From: an uncultured Sangeribacter sp.
GTDB taxonomy: Bacteria; Bacteroidota; Bacteroidia; Bacteroidales; Muribaculaceae
DNA length: 64,000 bases
Reading direction: 5' to 3'
Assembly: GCA_964512705.1 (NCBI GenBank)
Contig: CAZEJY010000006.1
Location: 8,613-72,612 of the forward strand
Part shown: in pieces, positions 7,313 through 17,062 of the stretch
Layout of the letters: each line of letters starts with the position of its first letter
Numbering within the stretch: position 1 is the stretch's first letter
Notes under the pieces: model-generated
Seen by the model: only the letters and a program-made list of their open reading frames with translations
What the model was told of the DNA's origin: nothing
The model's database searches: none
Program-made: the position numbers and the translations under genes

Positions 7313-9961
7313 ATGAACTTCTTCACACTGCATAAATCTAATATTCTTGGAAGTACATTAGGAATTTGCTCCCTATTTCTTGGGTTGTCCTCTTGTGCCG
7401 ACGATTCTATAACTTCTCCCAATGTCGACTCTCGATATATACGGTTCGATGTTGAGAGTGCTGAGACTAAGAACGCATCTACCCGATCCGGACAGTCCTC
7501 ATCTTTAAAAGTTACGGAACTATCAGGAGCACCGGATGAACTCTTCTTGGTTCCCCGCATAGAGAATACCGGCAACAGAAGTAACAGCAAGACCCGCTCT
7601 GAGATTATTTCATCCGACAATATTGATTCTTTCGGAGTTTATGCAGGTTATAGTTCAGAAAATGGTTCGGCTTCTTATGTCCCGAACTATATGTCGAATG
7701 TTGAAGTAACCCGCACCTTGAATTGGGCGCCTCAGGAAAATTATCTCTGGCCGGGAAGCGGAACATTACACTTCAACGCATACTCCCCCTATTTCGACAA
7801 TAATTCCTCCACATCTCCTACAGAGGGCATAACTGCAATTACCAATGAATCAGGAGAAATGTGCTTGGCATATACAACCCCTGCGGAAGTTGTAAATCAG
7901 AAGGACCTACTCTATGCTACCCCGGTTGACGCGGGTTCTTCACCCTGCAATCTCGCATTTTCACACGCATTGACAGGAATCCGATTTGCAGCGGGAGCTG
8001 AGTTGGTTCCGATTACAATCAAATCCATCTCTATCTCCGGAATTCAATCAAAGGGTATGCTGAATCTGGAAACAGGCAACTGGTCTGACTTCTCCAATGA
8101 TACTACTTTTACTGTAGCTCCAAATATCACTCTTGTAGCAGAAGAAAACAGTAAGTATGTAGCTTCTAACACTCCCATCACATCCGATGAGGAGACATTC
8201 CTATTGTTACCCCAGTCATTAAACGAAAACTCAGTTATCACTATTATTGCCGATGTGAACGGGAAAGAGGTAACCATGTCTTCATCACTCGTAGACCAGA
8301 CGTGGGCTCCCGGTAAAACCATAACATATAGAATCTCCGGGAATCCTGCCGCTGATTCACTGACGCTTGATGTGGATGGAACCTTCCTGACTCAGTATAC
8401 GGGGTCTAATATAAGTTTCAATGTCACAAGTAACTTATCCACGACCGATGGCACTACACCTGTAAGCTGGAAAGCTGAGTTTGTGGATGATGAAGGTAAT
8501 GTAATCCCAACACCTAATTGGGTCACATTCCTCACAGCCTCTGGAAGTGGAGGAGAAGAGACCGGAGAGATTCATACCGTGATGCAGGATATGTATTTTG
8601 AGAAGATATCCGCAGAGTCCCAGATCTTGCAGAATGCCGTTGATATTAACAAGAGTTCAGGACATACACCTTATAATCTTGCGTCTTCAACCGGGGCTGC
8701 AACTGTTGAGAACACAGCCAATACTTATATCATCAATGCGCCGGGAACATATTCAATCCCATTGGTATACGGAAACGGCATCAAGAATGGAAGCGCAAAT
8801 AAAGATGCGTACTCTATCAACACTCACACTCGTAATTACCTCAAAACGTTCCTGAATCATCTCGGGAATGCGATCACAGACCCATATATTTACAATAATG
8901 CTTCCTGCACCCCGTCAGGTGCACAGCTCACTTGGGAGGATGAGTTGAATTTGGTAAGAAATGTTAGATTGTCAACCGATAAAAAATATTTATGTTTCGA
9001 CATTCCTCACAACACCATCCGTCAGGGTAATGCGATTGTGTCTGTTCAGGACGCATCCGGTCAAACAATGTGGAGTTGGCAGCTATGGATCACTAACATA
9101 GATCCGAATACTGCATATTCGGCAATCAGAGTACAAGGCTCTGCCGCGTCAATTGAAGAATCAACTGAGAGTGTGAATATCTCTGACTATAACTTAGGCT
9201 ACGTAAACGGGGGCGATGTCACCAACTTTCCGGCACACGACATTAATATCCGTTTCACTCAAACCAACGTGCCCGATGACTTAGAACCGCTCACCAAGAC
9301 TGTAACCCTTCATCAAACAGGAATTGAGCTTGAAACGCCTTCTTGCAACACATTTTACCAATGGGGACGGAAGGATCCTATGATGTCAAGCATCAAACAG
9401 TGGTACAATGCTGATCACTCTGAGATTAAAGTTCTTCCAACTGATAAGGCTGATGCTTTCACGGGGAACACACTAATAATTGATTACATTCAGAATCCGG
9501 AAGTATTTTACACCGGTACCCATTCTGCAAGTACAAGCGCCACAACACATTATCCATATATTAATTTATGGAATATTGGACAGAATGCGGCAAATATAAA
9601 GACAATATATGACCCATCCCCGGTGGGATATAAAGTACCATTCAACGACCTGTTTAAGAGTATTGAGGACAATCCGAGTTACTACTCTATGGAAGTAGGC
9701 CCCGTATCCGGTGACTCTTCTACTGATGGCTTTGCGGTGACATCTCTCTCAGGTTCCAAAGTTTACTTCCACGCATTCAGTTACCGGTCAGGCGCAACAG
9801 CCTCACTCGCATCGGGAGATTATGCATCCTACTGGATGGGTCATGCCTCTCTCACCGATGGTAGCACAGCAATGTTTAAAATCACAGACGGTATACCTGG
9901 ATGTAAAGTGATTACAGATCCTCTCTTCCACGGGTTGTCTGTTCGCCCGGTAAAGGAGTAA
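7313..9961 (+). CDS. Fimbrillin-family tip pilin with large C-terminal adhesin domain
   Basis: Lipobox LSSC, fimbrillin motifs (FSHALTGIRF, WAPGKTITY), then TANTYII, WSWQLW, YQWGRKDP, DPSPVGYKVP, GLSVRPVKE. Likely ATG at 7313. Confidence 0.85.
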   Translation: MNFFTLHKSNILGSTLGICSLFLGLSSCADDSITSPNVDSRYIRFDVESAETKNASTRSGQSSSLKVTELSGAPDELFLVPRIENTGNRSNSKTRSEIISSDNIDSFGVYAGYSSENGSASYVPNYMSNVEVTRTLNWAPQENYLWPGSGTLHFNAYSPYFDNNSSTSPTEGITAITNESGEMCLAYTTPAEVVNQKDLLYATPVDAGSSPCNLAFSHALTGIRFAAGAELVPITIKSISISGIQSKGMLNLETGNWSDFSNDTTFTVAPNITLVAEENSKYVASNTPITSDEETFLLLPQSLNENSVITIIADVNGKEVTMSSSLVDQTWAPGKTITYRISGNPAADSLTLDVDGTFLTQYTGSNISFNVTSNLSTTDGTTPVSWKAEFVDDEGNVIPTPNWVTFLTASGSGGEETGEIHTVMQDMYFEKISAESQILQNAVDINKSSGHTPYNLASSTGAATVENTANTYIINAPGTYSIPLVYGNGIKNGSANKDAYSINTHTRNYLKTFLNHLGNAITDPYIYNNASCTPSGAQLTWEDELNLVRNVRLSTDKKYLCFDIPHNTIRQGNAIVSVQDASGQTMWSWQLWITNIDPNTAYSAIRVQGSAASIEESTESVNISDYNLGYVNGGDVTNFPAHDINIRFTQTNVPDDLEPLTKTVTLHQTGIELETPSCNTFYQWGRKDPMMSSIKQWYNADHSEIKVLPTDKADAFTGNTLIIDYIQNPEVFYTGTHSASTSATTHYPYINLWNIGQNAANIKTIYDPSPVGYKVPFNDLFKSIEDNPSYYSMEVGPVSGDSSTDGFAVTSLSGSKVYFHAFSYRSGATASLASGDYASYWMGHASLTDGSTAMFKITDGIPGCKVITDPLFHGLSVRPVKE

Positions 9962-9992
9962 ACTTGGTAAAGATACATAATTACACAAAGAA

Positions 9993-10029
9993 AGCCGTGT
10001 GTCAAAAATCATGAATAAGACACACGGCT
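9993..10029. repeat. GTGTCAAA-family hairpin (copy C), between convergent genes
   Basis: agccgtgtgtc / gacacacggct. Confidence 0.75.
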
Positions 10030-10104
10030 AATATTTTGCATACAACCATGGGTGCTTTCAGAATAGTCCGGATGGGACCATTATCACAACACCCTCATAA
10101 AGAA

Positions 10105-10899
10105 TTATTCAGGTTTTGTATAACCATCCTTGTTGCAGCGGTCGGTAATATGCTTGATGCGTGATTTAGTCTCAGGATGTGAGGAGAACATCTTCTGAAC
10201 ATAGCTCGGTTGCTTTGCATTTTCACCCTCAAGTTTCAGGAATTTCTCAAAAGCCATAGCCATACCCCACGGATTTCTTCCATTCGCAACAAGGAAGTCA
10301 TATCCACAATCATCTGCCTCTTTCTCCTGCTTCTGAGAATACTTGGCATTGATTAAGGATTCCCCGAGGGAACCTAACTGAGACTCGCTAAGAGCTGCAG
10401 CGACACCACCGGCAGCCGATGCGGCATCTTTTGCTGCTCCTGTGAGCAATTGAGTACGGAAAGCATTTTTAGAGTGATGTTTCATCACGTGACCGATCTC
10501 ATGTCCAATGATACCAAGTAACTCATCATCGTTCATTATATCCATCAAAGAGGAGAACACGCGTACGCTTCCGTCCGGGCAGGCAAAGGCATTCACATCC
10601 ACTACATCATAAACTTTGAAGTTCAATGGAATACCATCTGCATCCTTAATTCCTTCGGTTAATTTTTTCAATCTTATGGTATATGGTGAGTCTTCACCGG
10701 GCACCGGATTGTTCTTATCCATCCAATCCACTGATTCCTTTACGTACTCAGCCATCTGTTTATCCGATAGCGTCACAGCCTGTGCTACTTTACTCGCTCC
10801 ACTGATCGCCTTCTTTAGATTGAGCTGAGCGTTGACCTGAGTAGGTGCAACCATCATGAACGCGATGGCAAATAATGAGAATATACTTCTTTTTTTCAT
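10105..10899 (-). CDS. M48 family metallopeptidase (LoiP/YggG-like)
   Basis: Signal peptide, VNAFA, HEIGH zinc motif, YSQKQEKEAD, FSSHP. Confidence 0.9.
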   Translation of the reverse strand: MKKRSIFSLFAIAFMMVAPTQVNAQLNLKKAISGASKVAQAVTLSDKQMAEYVKESVDWMDKNNPVPGEDSPYTIRLKKLTEGIKDADGIPLNFKVYDVVDVNAFACPDGSVRVFSSLMDIMNDDELLGIIGHEIGHVMKHHSKNAFRTQLLTGAAKDAASAAGGVAAALSESQLGSLGESLINAKYSQKQEKEADDCGYDFLVANGRNPWGMAMAFEKFLKLEGENAKQPSYVQKMFSSHPETKSRIKHITDRCNKDGYTKPE

Positions 10900-11090
10900 A
10901 GTTATTATTGATGTTGTTAGTATAATTGAGTTTTCTAAATTAGTTTTATTATTGTTAGGTTAATTTTCAAACATTCTTAATACAAAATTAGAGAATTTTC
11001 ATGTATTATTTGATTATTCCAATGATAATCTTTGACGGCTTGATGAAAATTGTGTAATTTTGAGAATAAACCATATAATAACTTTTCCGT

Positions 11091-11480
11091 ATGCTTAAAG
11101 AATTTAGCACAGGAATACAGCATGTAGGTATTCCAAGTTCAAATGTTAACCGCACCATCGAGTTCTATAATTCTCTTGGTTTCGAGACTGAATTAGTAAC
11201 CTCTAACCTGCCTAATGATGAGATGGTAGCATTTCTGCGCTTAGGTAATCTCGTTATTGAGTCTTATGGTAACCATGACACAGTGAAGCGTGCCGGAGCA
11301 ATAGACCACATTGCAATAGATGTAAAAGACATCGAGCCTTTATATGAGAAAATTAAGGCAGCCGGTTATAGATTTGCAGAGCCGGGACTTCAGTCACTTC
11401 CATTCTGGGACAATGGCATTAAATATTTCATCATACTTGGTCCGGATGATGAGAAAATAGAATTTTGCGAGATTCTCTAA
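11091..11480 (+). CDS. VOC/glyoxalase family protein
   Basis: QHVGI, DHIAIDV, GPDDEKIEF; TAATTTTG -7 element at 11055. Confidence 0.88.
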   Translation: MLKEFSTGIQHVGIPSSNVNRTIEFYNSLGFETELVTSNLPNDEMVAFLRLGNLVIESYGNHDTVKRAGAIDHIAIDVKDIEPLYEKIKAAGYRFAEPGLQSLPFWDNGIKYFIILGPDDEKIEFCEIL

Positions 11481-11535
11481 TACCTAATTCTTTTTTGGTC
11501 TGTTATATATCATTTGCTGAACACAGCGTATTATT

Positions 11536-13707
11536 ATGTTTAAAAATTTCATTACTACTTTATTGTGCATGTTGTGCTTTACAACTGCCTATTCCGCTAC
11601 GCCTACAGAAACAGCGGAAGCTTTAACCAAACGTATTGTTCCAAGTCTCGCTAAGGATATTATCTTCAAAGAGATCAAATCTCCGGTTGACACCTTTGCA
11701 ATTTCAGCTAAAGATGGCAAGGTGCTTATAGAGGGTAACAACGCCAACTCCATGGCTGTAGGCTTGAATAACTATCTGCGCCGCTATTTGGGCGCAAATG
11801 TATCCTGGTATGCTGCAAAACCTATTCAAGTTCCTGAAAAAATTGTTCTTCCTACTACTCCTTTTGGTGAGAAAGCTGCAGTCGATACTCGTTTCTTCTT
11901 GAATTACTGTACATTTGGATATACCATGCCATATTGGCAATGGGAAGACTGGGAACGATTCATCGATTGGATGGCTCTCAATGGCGTGACCATGCCTTTG
12001 GCAATGACCGGTGCTGAACAATCATGGTATCAGACATGGCGTAGTTTTGGACTGACAGATGAGGAGATTCGTAGCTCGTTTACCGGTCCTGCTCATCTCC
12101 CATGGCACTGGATGAATAATATCGATACTTTCCAAGGCCCACTAAGTCATGAATGGATTAATGATCAGGAGAAACTTCAGAAACGCATTCTTGAACGCGA
12201 ACGCGAACTTGGAATGACTCCTGTTCTTCCGGCATTCGCAGGACACGTTCCGGCTGCTGTTTCCAAACATTTTCCAAATGCCAAGATCACAGAAGTAAGT
12301 GAATGGGGAGAATTTCCGATTGAAAACCGCTGCTATTTCCTGAACCCCTCTGATCCTCTTTATTCTGAGGTTCAAAAGCGATTCATTGAAACCCAAACCA
12401 AACTCTATGGCACTGATCACATCTATGGAATTGATCCATTCAATGAAGTCGATTCTCCGGATTGGAGCGAGGAATTTCTTAAGAAAGCTTCAAATGGTAT
12501 ATTCTCAACCCTCCGCGCAGCTGATCCAAAGGCTAAATGGCTGATGATGACATGGAACTTCTATTATGACCGTAAACATTGGACCAAGCCCCGTATTCAG
12601 GCATTTCTTGAAGGCGTAGAGGGTGATAATATTATTCTTCTCGATTATTTCTGCGATAATATTGAGATTTGGCGTCGTAGCGATAAATATTTCGGGAAAC
12701 CTTATGTATGGTGCTACCTTGGCAACTTCGGAGGTAATTCGATGCTTGCCGGTGATATGAAAGATATCTCAACTAAAATCTCCAAAACCGCTGCCGACGG
12801 AGGTGAGAATCTCACCGGCTTCGGAGGTACTCTTGAGGGCTTTGATTGTAATCCGGTAATGCATGAGTTTGTGCTCGCTAAAGCATGGAATCCTGATATG
12901 ACCCATAATGAATGGGCTTCAATTTGGGCAAACTCCAGAGGTGGAATGAAATCAAAGAAGATAAACGATGCATGGCAAGTACTTGCTGACAGCGTTTATC
13001 TCACTCACTCTTATTCGGGACACGCTTCCCTCACAAACGCACGCCCTGCTTTTGAGAAACCATCTACTCACTACACTAAACCGATTTATAACTATAATGA
13101 TTCGAATCTCCTTAAGGCGCTTGATCTCTTATTGGCAGCGGAAAATGTTGAGGAGAATGCTGCTTACCAATTTGATGTAATGAACATTACCCGTCAGGCA
13201 CTTGGAGATGAATTCAATCACACACGTGACAGATTCACTCAAGCTTATCGCGCAAGTGACGTAAAACAGGCAAAATTGGAAGCTAAGAGAATGATTGACA
13301 TTATCAACGACCTTGACGATTTAATGGCTACCGACCCCAATTACTCCCTTTCTGAATGGATCGCAGATGCCCGCGGTCGAGGTGCGACACCTGAAGAAGC
13401 TGATAATTTTGAAAAGAATGTGAGAACAATCCTGACTGTATGGGGATATCCCGACAAGCATCTGAATGATTATGCTAACAGACAATGGAGCGGTTTACTG
13501 AAAAATTATTACGGTAAACGCTGGGAAATCTTCACAAATGCAGTTATTGATGCAATGGAGAATGGTAAGACTTTCGATGAAGAGGCTACTATTAAAACCA
13601 TAAAGGATTGGGAGGGTAATTGGAGCAATCTCAAAGATGCTCAGACTCCTGTATCTGATAAGAATCCCGTGCAAATAGCCCGTAAACTGCGCTCAAAATA
13701 CTTCTAA
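11536..13707 (+). CDS. Alpha-N-acetylglucosaminidase (GH89)
   Basis: LNYCTFGYTMPYW, IDWMALNG, PVLPAFAGHVP, DPFNE, LNDYANRQWSGL. Confidence 0.93.
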   Translation: MFKNFITTLLCMLCFTTAYSATPTETAEALTKRIVPSLAKDIIFKEIKSPVDTFAISAKDGKVLIEGNNANSMAVGLNNYLRRYLGANVSWYAAKPIQVPEKIVLPTTPFGEKAAVDTRFFLNYCTFGYTMPYWQWEDWERFIDWMALNGVTMPLAMTGAEQSWYQTWRSFGLTDEEIRSSFTGPAHLPWHWMNNIDTFQGPLSHEWINDQEKLQKRILERERELGMTPVLPAFAGHVPAAVSKHFPNAKITEVSEWGEFPIENRCYFLNPSDPLYSEVQKRFIETQTKLYGTDHIYGIDPFNEVDSPDWSEEFLKKASNGIFSTLRAADPKAKWLMMTWNFYYDRKHWTKPRIQAFLEGVEGDNIILLDYFCDNIEIWRRSDKYFGKPYVWCYLGNFGGNSMLAGDMKDISTKISKTAADGGENLTGFGGTLEGFDCNPVMHEFVLAKAWNPDMTHNEWASIWANSRGGMKSKKINDAWQVLADSVYLTHSYSGHASLTNARPAFEKPSTHYTKPIYNYNDSNLLKALDLLLAAENVEENAAYQFDVMNITRQALGDEFNHTRDRFTQAYRASDVKQAKLEAKRMIDIINDLDDLMATDPNYSLSEWIADARGRGATPEEADNFEKNVRTILTVWGYPDKHLNDYANRQWSGLLKNYYGKRWEIFTNAVIDAMENGKTFDEEATIKTIKDWEGNWSNLKDAQTPVSDKNPVQIARKLRSKYF

Positions 13708-13771
13708 TTGAGAATGTATCCTAACGGCTCTTCTATCCGTTAGATATGCAACATATAAAAAATAGAATCAA

Positions 13772-13808
13772 AGCGGAGTGTCAAACCTAAAGAATTTGAC
13801 GCTCCGCT
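13772..13808. repeat. GTGTCAAA-family hairpin (copy D), between convergent genes
   Basis: agcggagtgtcaaa / tttgacgctccgct. Confidence 0.75.
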
Positions 13809-13845
13809 AACTTATTATGCTGTTATTAATAATACTATGTTGGGT

Positions 13846-14838
13846 CTATTTTGAAGTTTTAGCAATTCTGCGTTTCTTTCCTAAGTTGGTACAAACCATA
13901 CCGGCAATGATGATTGCCATTGCTATAACTTGTAACCAATGCAGTTTTCCAACACCCATCAATACGCTGGCTATTGCGGAAACTACCGGTAGCAGGTACT
14001 GATAGAGTGAAACCAATTCCGATCCAATCTTCTTTAAAGCCGGAGAAAGAAGGAAATATGCGATGAAACTTGGACATAGCAAGACGAATATGGCTTCGAG
14101 CCATGGAGCGGTCGCGGTGGAGTGAAGCAACGGCATATCGTGCATGCTGTGAATAAGTATCAACGAAGGAATTGCCGCGAACAGAAATACCCACTTCAAC
14201 ATTGAAACCGGACGATAGGTATGACTTGGGCCCTCTGTGATAACAAGATATGCCGAATAACAGAGCGTAGATGCAAGAGCAATCAGGTCACCAATGAGGT
14301 TTGACTGTCCTGAATGTCCCTTACCATTACCAAGGATAACTATAACCGCACCGGCTAATCCTACAAATATTCCTATGTATTCCAACAGCGATGGTCTGTT
14401 ATGCCGGAATAGCACATTAATCAAGATTACAAATACCGGCGGTAAAGTCATTATGATTGAAACATCAATCGGATTGGCGTACTTTAAGGATAAGTTAAGC
14501 AGATAGATAAATCCAAACAGACCTACAGCTCCTCCTATTGCCAAACGAACCATGTCATGCTTTGATATCTTCTGCTGCTTGATAAAAATAGCTGATAACC
14601 AGAACAGCACACATGCTCCTATAATACGAATGAATGTTATGGCGTCAGTACTCATCCATTCCGGTGCCAACGCTTTTACAACGGGGATATTGATGCCCCA
14701 AAATATAGTAGCCAAGAGGATACAGGCATTACCGATCAGGAATTGGGAATGTCCGGGTTTCCGATTGACATTAGTTCCTTTTAATTCTGTCGTGGGATTC
14801 TCTCCCTCTCCAACAGTTGAATTTTCCTTATTTTCCAT
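13846..14838 (-). CDS. DMT/EamA family transporter
   Basis: About 10 hydrophobic segments in two EamA repeats (IFWG, GDLIAL, YLLPV). Confidence 0.88.
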   Translation of the reverse strand: MENKENSTVGEGENPTTELKGTNVNRKPGHSQFLIGNACILLATIFWGINIPVVKALAPEWMSTDAITFIRIIGACVLFWLSAIFIKQQKISKHDMVRLAIGGAVGLFGFIYLLNLSLKYANPIDVSIIMTLPPVFVILINVLFRHNRPSLLEYIGIFVGLAGAVIVILGNGKGHSGQSNLIGDLIALASTLCYSAYLVITEGPSHTYRPVSMLKWVFLFAAIPSLILIHSMHDMPLLHSTATAPWLEAIFVLLCPSFIAYFLLSPALKKIGSELVSLYQYLLPVVSAIASVLMGVGKLHWLQVIAMAIIIAGMVCTNLGKKRRIAKTSK

Positions 14839-14965
14839 GTAATTTTAACGCTTGACCAATTCTCAGGGTTCAATATTTTGCCACATGGAGCAAAATGAGT
14901 AATTTAGAGATGATTTCATGCAGACAACATAATCTAATTTTGATAACTTTCTTAAGCCCACTTAT

Positions 14966-15349
14966 ATGAATATAGATGAAAGAATAGATAAAGCATTAGA
15001 ACTGCGTAAGGAGGGTTACAGCTGTTCACAATGTGTTCTGATGGCGCTCGTTGATAAACTCGGCATAAATGATCAACTTGCTGTCAGAATAGGAGCCGGT
15101 TTAGGTAGTGGTGTCACGTGTGGTGAACTTTGTGGCGCGGTCAACGCATTAGCTATTGCAGAAGGATTGAAACTTAAACCGGAGGAGGCAACCTCTAACA
15201 GTAAAAAGATAGTGATGCCCAAAACATCTAAATTGATGAAAGAATACTCCGAACCTTTTGATGGCAAACTCACATGCAGGGACCTGAAAGGAAAGTGCGG
15301 AAAAACTTGTGAAGAACTTATTGCCCGGGCAATAAGTTTAGCAGAATAG
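14966..15349 (+). CDS. C-GCAxxG-C-C family putative redox protein
   Basis: GYSCSQCV, ELCGAV, LTCRDL, C-terminal Cys. Confidence 0.85.
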   Translation: MNIDERIDKALELRKEGYSCSQCVLMALVDKLGINDQLAVRIGAGLGSGVTCGELCGAVNALAIAEGLKLKPEEATSNSKKIVMPKTSKLMKEYSEPFDGKLTCRDLKGKCGKTCEELIARAISLAE

Positions 15350-15374
15350 AATTTAACTTCTTAACTTGTATATT

Positions 15375-16067
15375 ATGAATAAACCAATCTTAGTGGTATC
15401 GACAGGTGCTGGAATGAGCGCTGAAAGTGGAATTTCTACTTTTAGAGATGCCGGAGGCCTTTGGGAAAATTATCCTGTTATGCAGGTAGCCTCGGCAGAT
15501 GGCTTTGCTCGTGATCCGGCTTTAGTTCACCATTTCTATAATGAACGCAGAAAGGCTTTGGTGAATGCAAAGCCTAATGCAGGTCATTTGGCATTAGTGG
15601 AACTTGAGCGCAAATATGATGTGTATATCATTACCCAGAATGTAGATGACTTACATGAAAGAGCCGGAAGCCAGAATGTGTTGCACCTTCACGGAGAGTT
15701 AATGAAGATCCGCAGCATTCGTAATCCTGAATACACCGAGACTCTTGATATCGACCATTTGGAAACCACACCAGAGACACGAGGAAAAAACGGTGACCTT
15801 ATGCGGCCGCACATTGTCTTCTTCCAGGAGCCAGTACCGAATATTGAGAAGGCAGCGGAATTAGTCGGTAAAGCTGATATTTTTGTCGTTATAGGCACTT
15901 CATTGGTAGTGTATCCGGCTGCAGGTCTGATTCAATGTGTACGACCCGGAACACCAATTTATTATATTGATCCGAACCCGGCTCCTACTCCGGGGGTCAG
16001 AAACATTACCGTCATTCCTGAGACTGCAAGCGCGGGCCTTAGAACATTGGAAAAGATGTTAGATTAA
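15375..16067 (+). CDS. cobB: Sir2-family NAD-dependent protein deacylase
   Basis: TGAGMSAESGISTFR, ITQNVDDLHERAG, HLHG, RPHIVFF, GTSLVVYPAAG. Confidence 0.92.
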   Translation: MNKPILVVSTGAGMSAESGISTFRDAGGLWENYPVMQVASADGFARDPALVHHFYNERRKALVNAKPNAGHLALVELERKYDVYIITQNVDDLHERAGSQNVLHLHGELMKIRSIRNPEYTETLDIDHLETTPETRGKNGDLMRPHIVFFQEPVPNIEKAAELVGKADIFVVIGTSLVVYPAAGLIQCVRPGTPIYYIDPNPAPTPGVRNITVIPETASAGLRTLEKMLD

Positions 16068-16116
16068 AGGTTTTAGGTGTTAGGTATTAGGCGTTAGGTT
16101 TTAGATGTCAGTTTTT
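16054..16116. repeat. Degenerate 7-bp tandem repeat (AGGTNTT)n
   Basis: agatgtt agattaa aggtttt aggtgtt aggtatt aggcgtt aggtttt agatgtc agttttt. Confidence 0.75.
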
Positions 16117-16160
16117 TAGGTTGAGAGATGAGCAAATTCTATTATTGAATTGTTTATATA

Positions 16161-16218
16161 TTAGAGCATGATATGTTGGTTAGATTCTGTCACAGACTCC
16201 CACAATATCATGCTCTAA
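16161..16218. repeat. Long inverted repeat upstream of K+ channel gene
   Basis: Perfect 14 bp arms ttagagcatgatat / atatcatgctctaa with inner tctgt/acaga. Confidence 0.75.
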
Positions 16219-16245
16219 CTAAACAACTCAAAATTTAATAGACTT

Positions 16246-16977
16246 ATGAATATATCTGATCGACTTAAACATTTCTGGCACGTCATATCCAATGTGCGTC
16301 CTATTGTCTGGATGCTACTATATCTCTGCGCAATTCCTGTATTTGCTCTGATATATTATTGGTTACCTGATGGACAGTTCCGCATTCCAGACGGTGCGCC
16401 TACTGATTACGGCAGCTGGCTGTATTACAGTATGGTCACCATCACGACTTTAGGTTTTGGTGATTATACTCCGGCACATGGCTTGGCACAGGCTGTAACC
16501 GCCATAGAGGTAGGTTGGGGAATCACATTACTTGGTTTCTTCTTGAACGCAGTGGGTTCAATGAAATCTGAAATAGATGTCACTTCTGCACTCGAAAAAC
16601 AGCGTAGACTGCATTACAGTATGGAGCAGGATAAAATCAAGCAATACCTCCCCTTAATCCTTCACCGTCTTGACCACTACGCAACATATTGCACACAGTA
16701 CACAAGTAAGGGTTCTCCGGTTTCTGACTCCAAAACCCTTCTCGATGAAGCTATCAGGTTAAGTCTATTTATGGATTCCATCTCCACAAAAATTGACTTG
16801 ACTCTTTGGCCTGAGGTGATTGATAATTGTTTTGCGTTAATATCAGAAGTGCAACTTCACGAGTACTCAGATTCACAGGAAGAATTCACAACTTTTGCCC
16901 AAAACACGGCAAACATCTCCAAAGTGCTTGAGCAACAATTCACGAATGCTGCCGCTCAACCTATGGATCAAGCCTAA
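16246..16977 (+). CDS. Potassium channel family protein (Ion_trans_2) with helical C-terminal tail
   Basis: TM - LYYSMVTITTLGFGDYTP pore - TM. Confidence 0.85.
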   Translation: MNISDRLKHFWHVISNVRPIVWMLLYLCAIPVFALIYYWLPDGQFRIPDGAPTDYGSWLYYSMVTITTLGFGDYTPAHGLAQAVTAIEVGWGITLLGFFLNAVGSMKSEIDVTSALEKQRRLHYSMEQDKIKQYLPLILHRLDHYATYCTQYTSKGSPVSDSKTLLDEAIRLSLFMDSISTKIDLTLWPEVIDNCFALISEVQLHEYSDSQEEFTTFAQNTANISKVLEQQFTNAAAQPMDQA

Positions 16978-17002
16978 GAAAAGTTGATAAAGAAAGTACA
17001 GG

Positions 17003-17034
17003 AAATCAAGGGTTGCACAACCCTTGATTTTTTT
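17003..17034 (+). terminator. Rho-independent terminator
   Basis: aaatcaagggttg / caacccttgattt plus T tract. Confidence 0.75.
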
Positions 17035-17062
17035 GTAATTTAGCGACACAAAATGAATTTAC

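Noticed and set aside
7024-7620. 198 aa minus-strand ORF
   Set aside because: Antisense to two pilin genes, with no recognisable motifs
15375-16067. Sir2 anti-phage effector (Thoeris/DSR type)
   Set aside because: Short, canonical CobB-type deacylase in a housekeeping context
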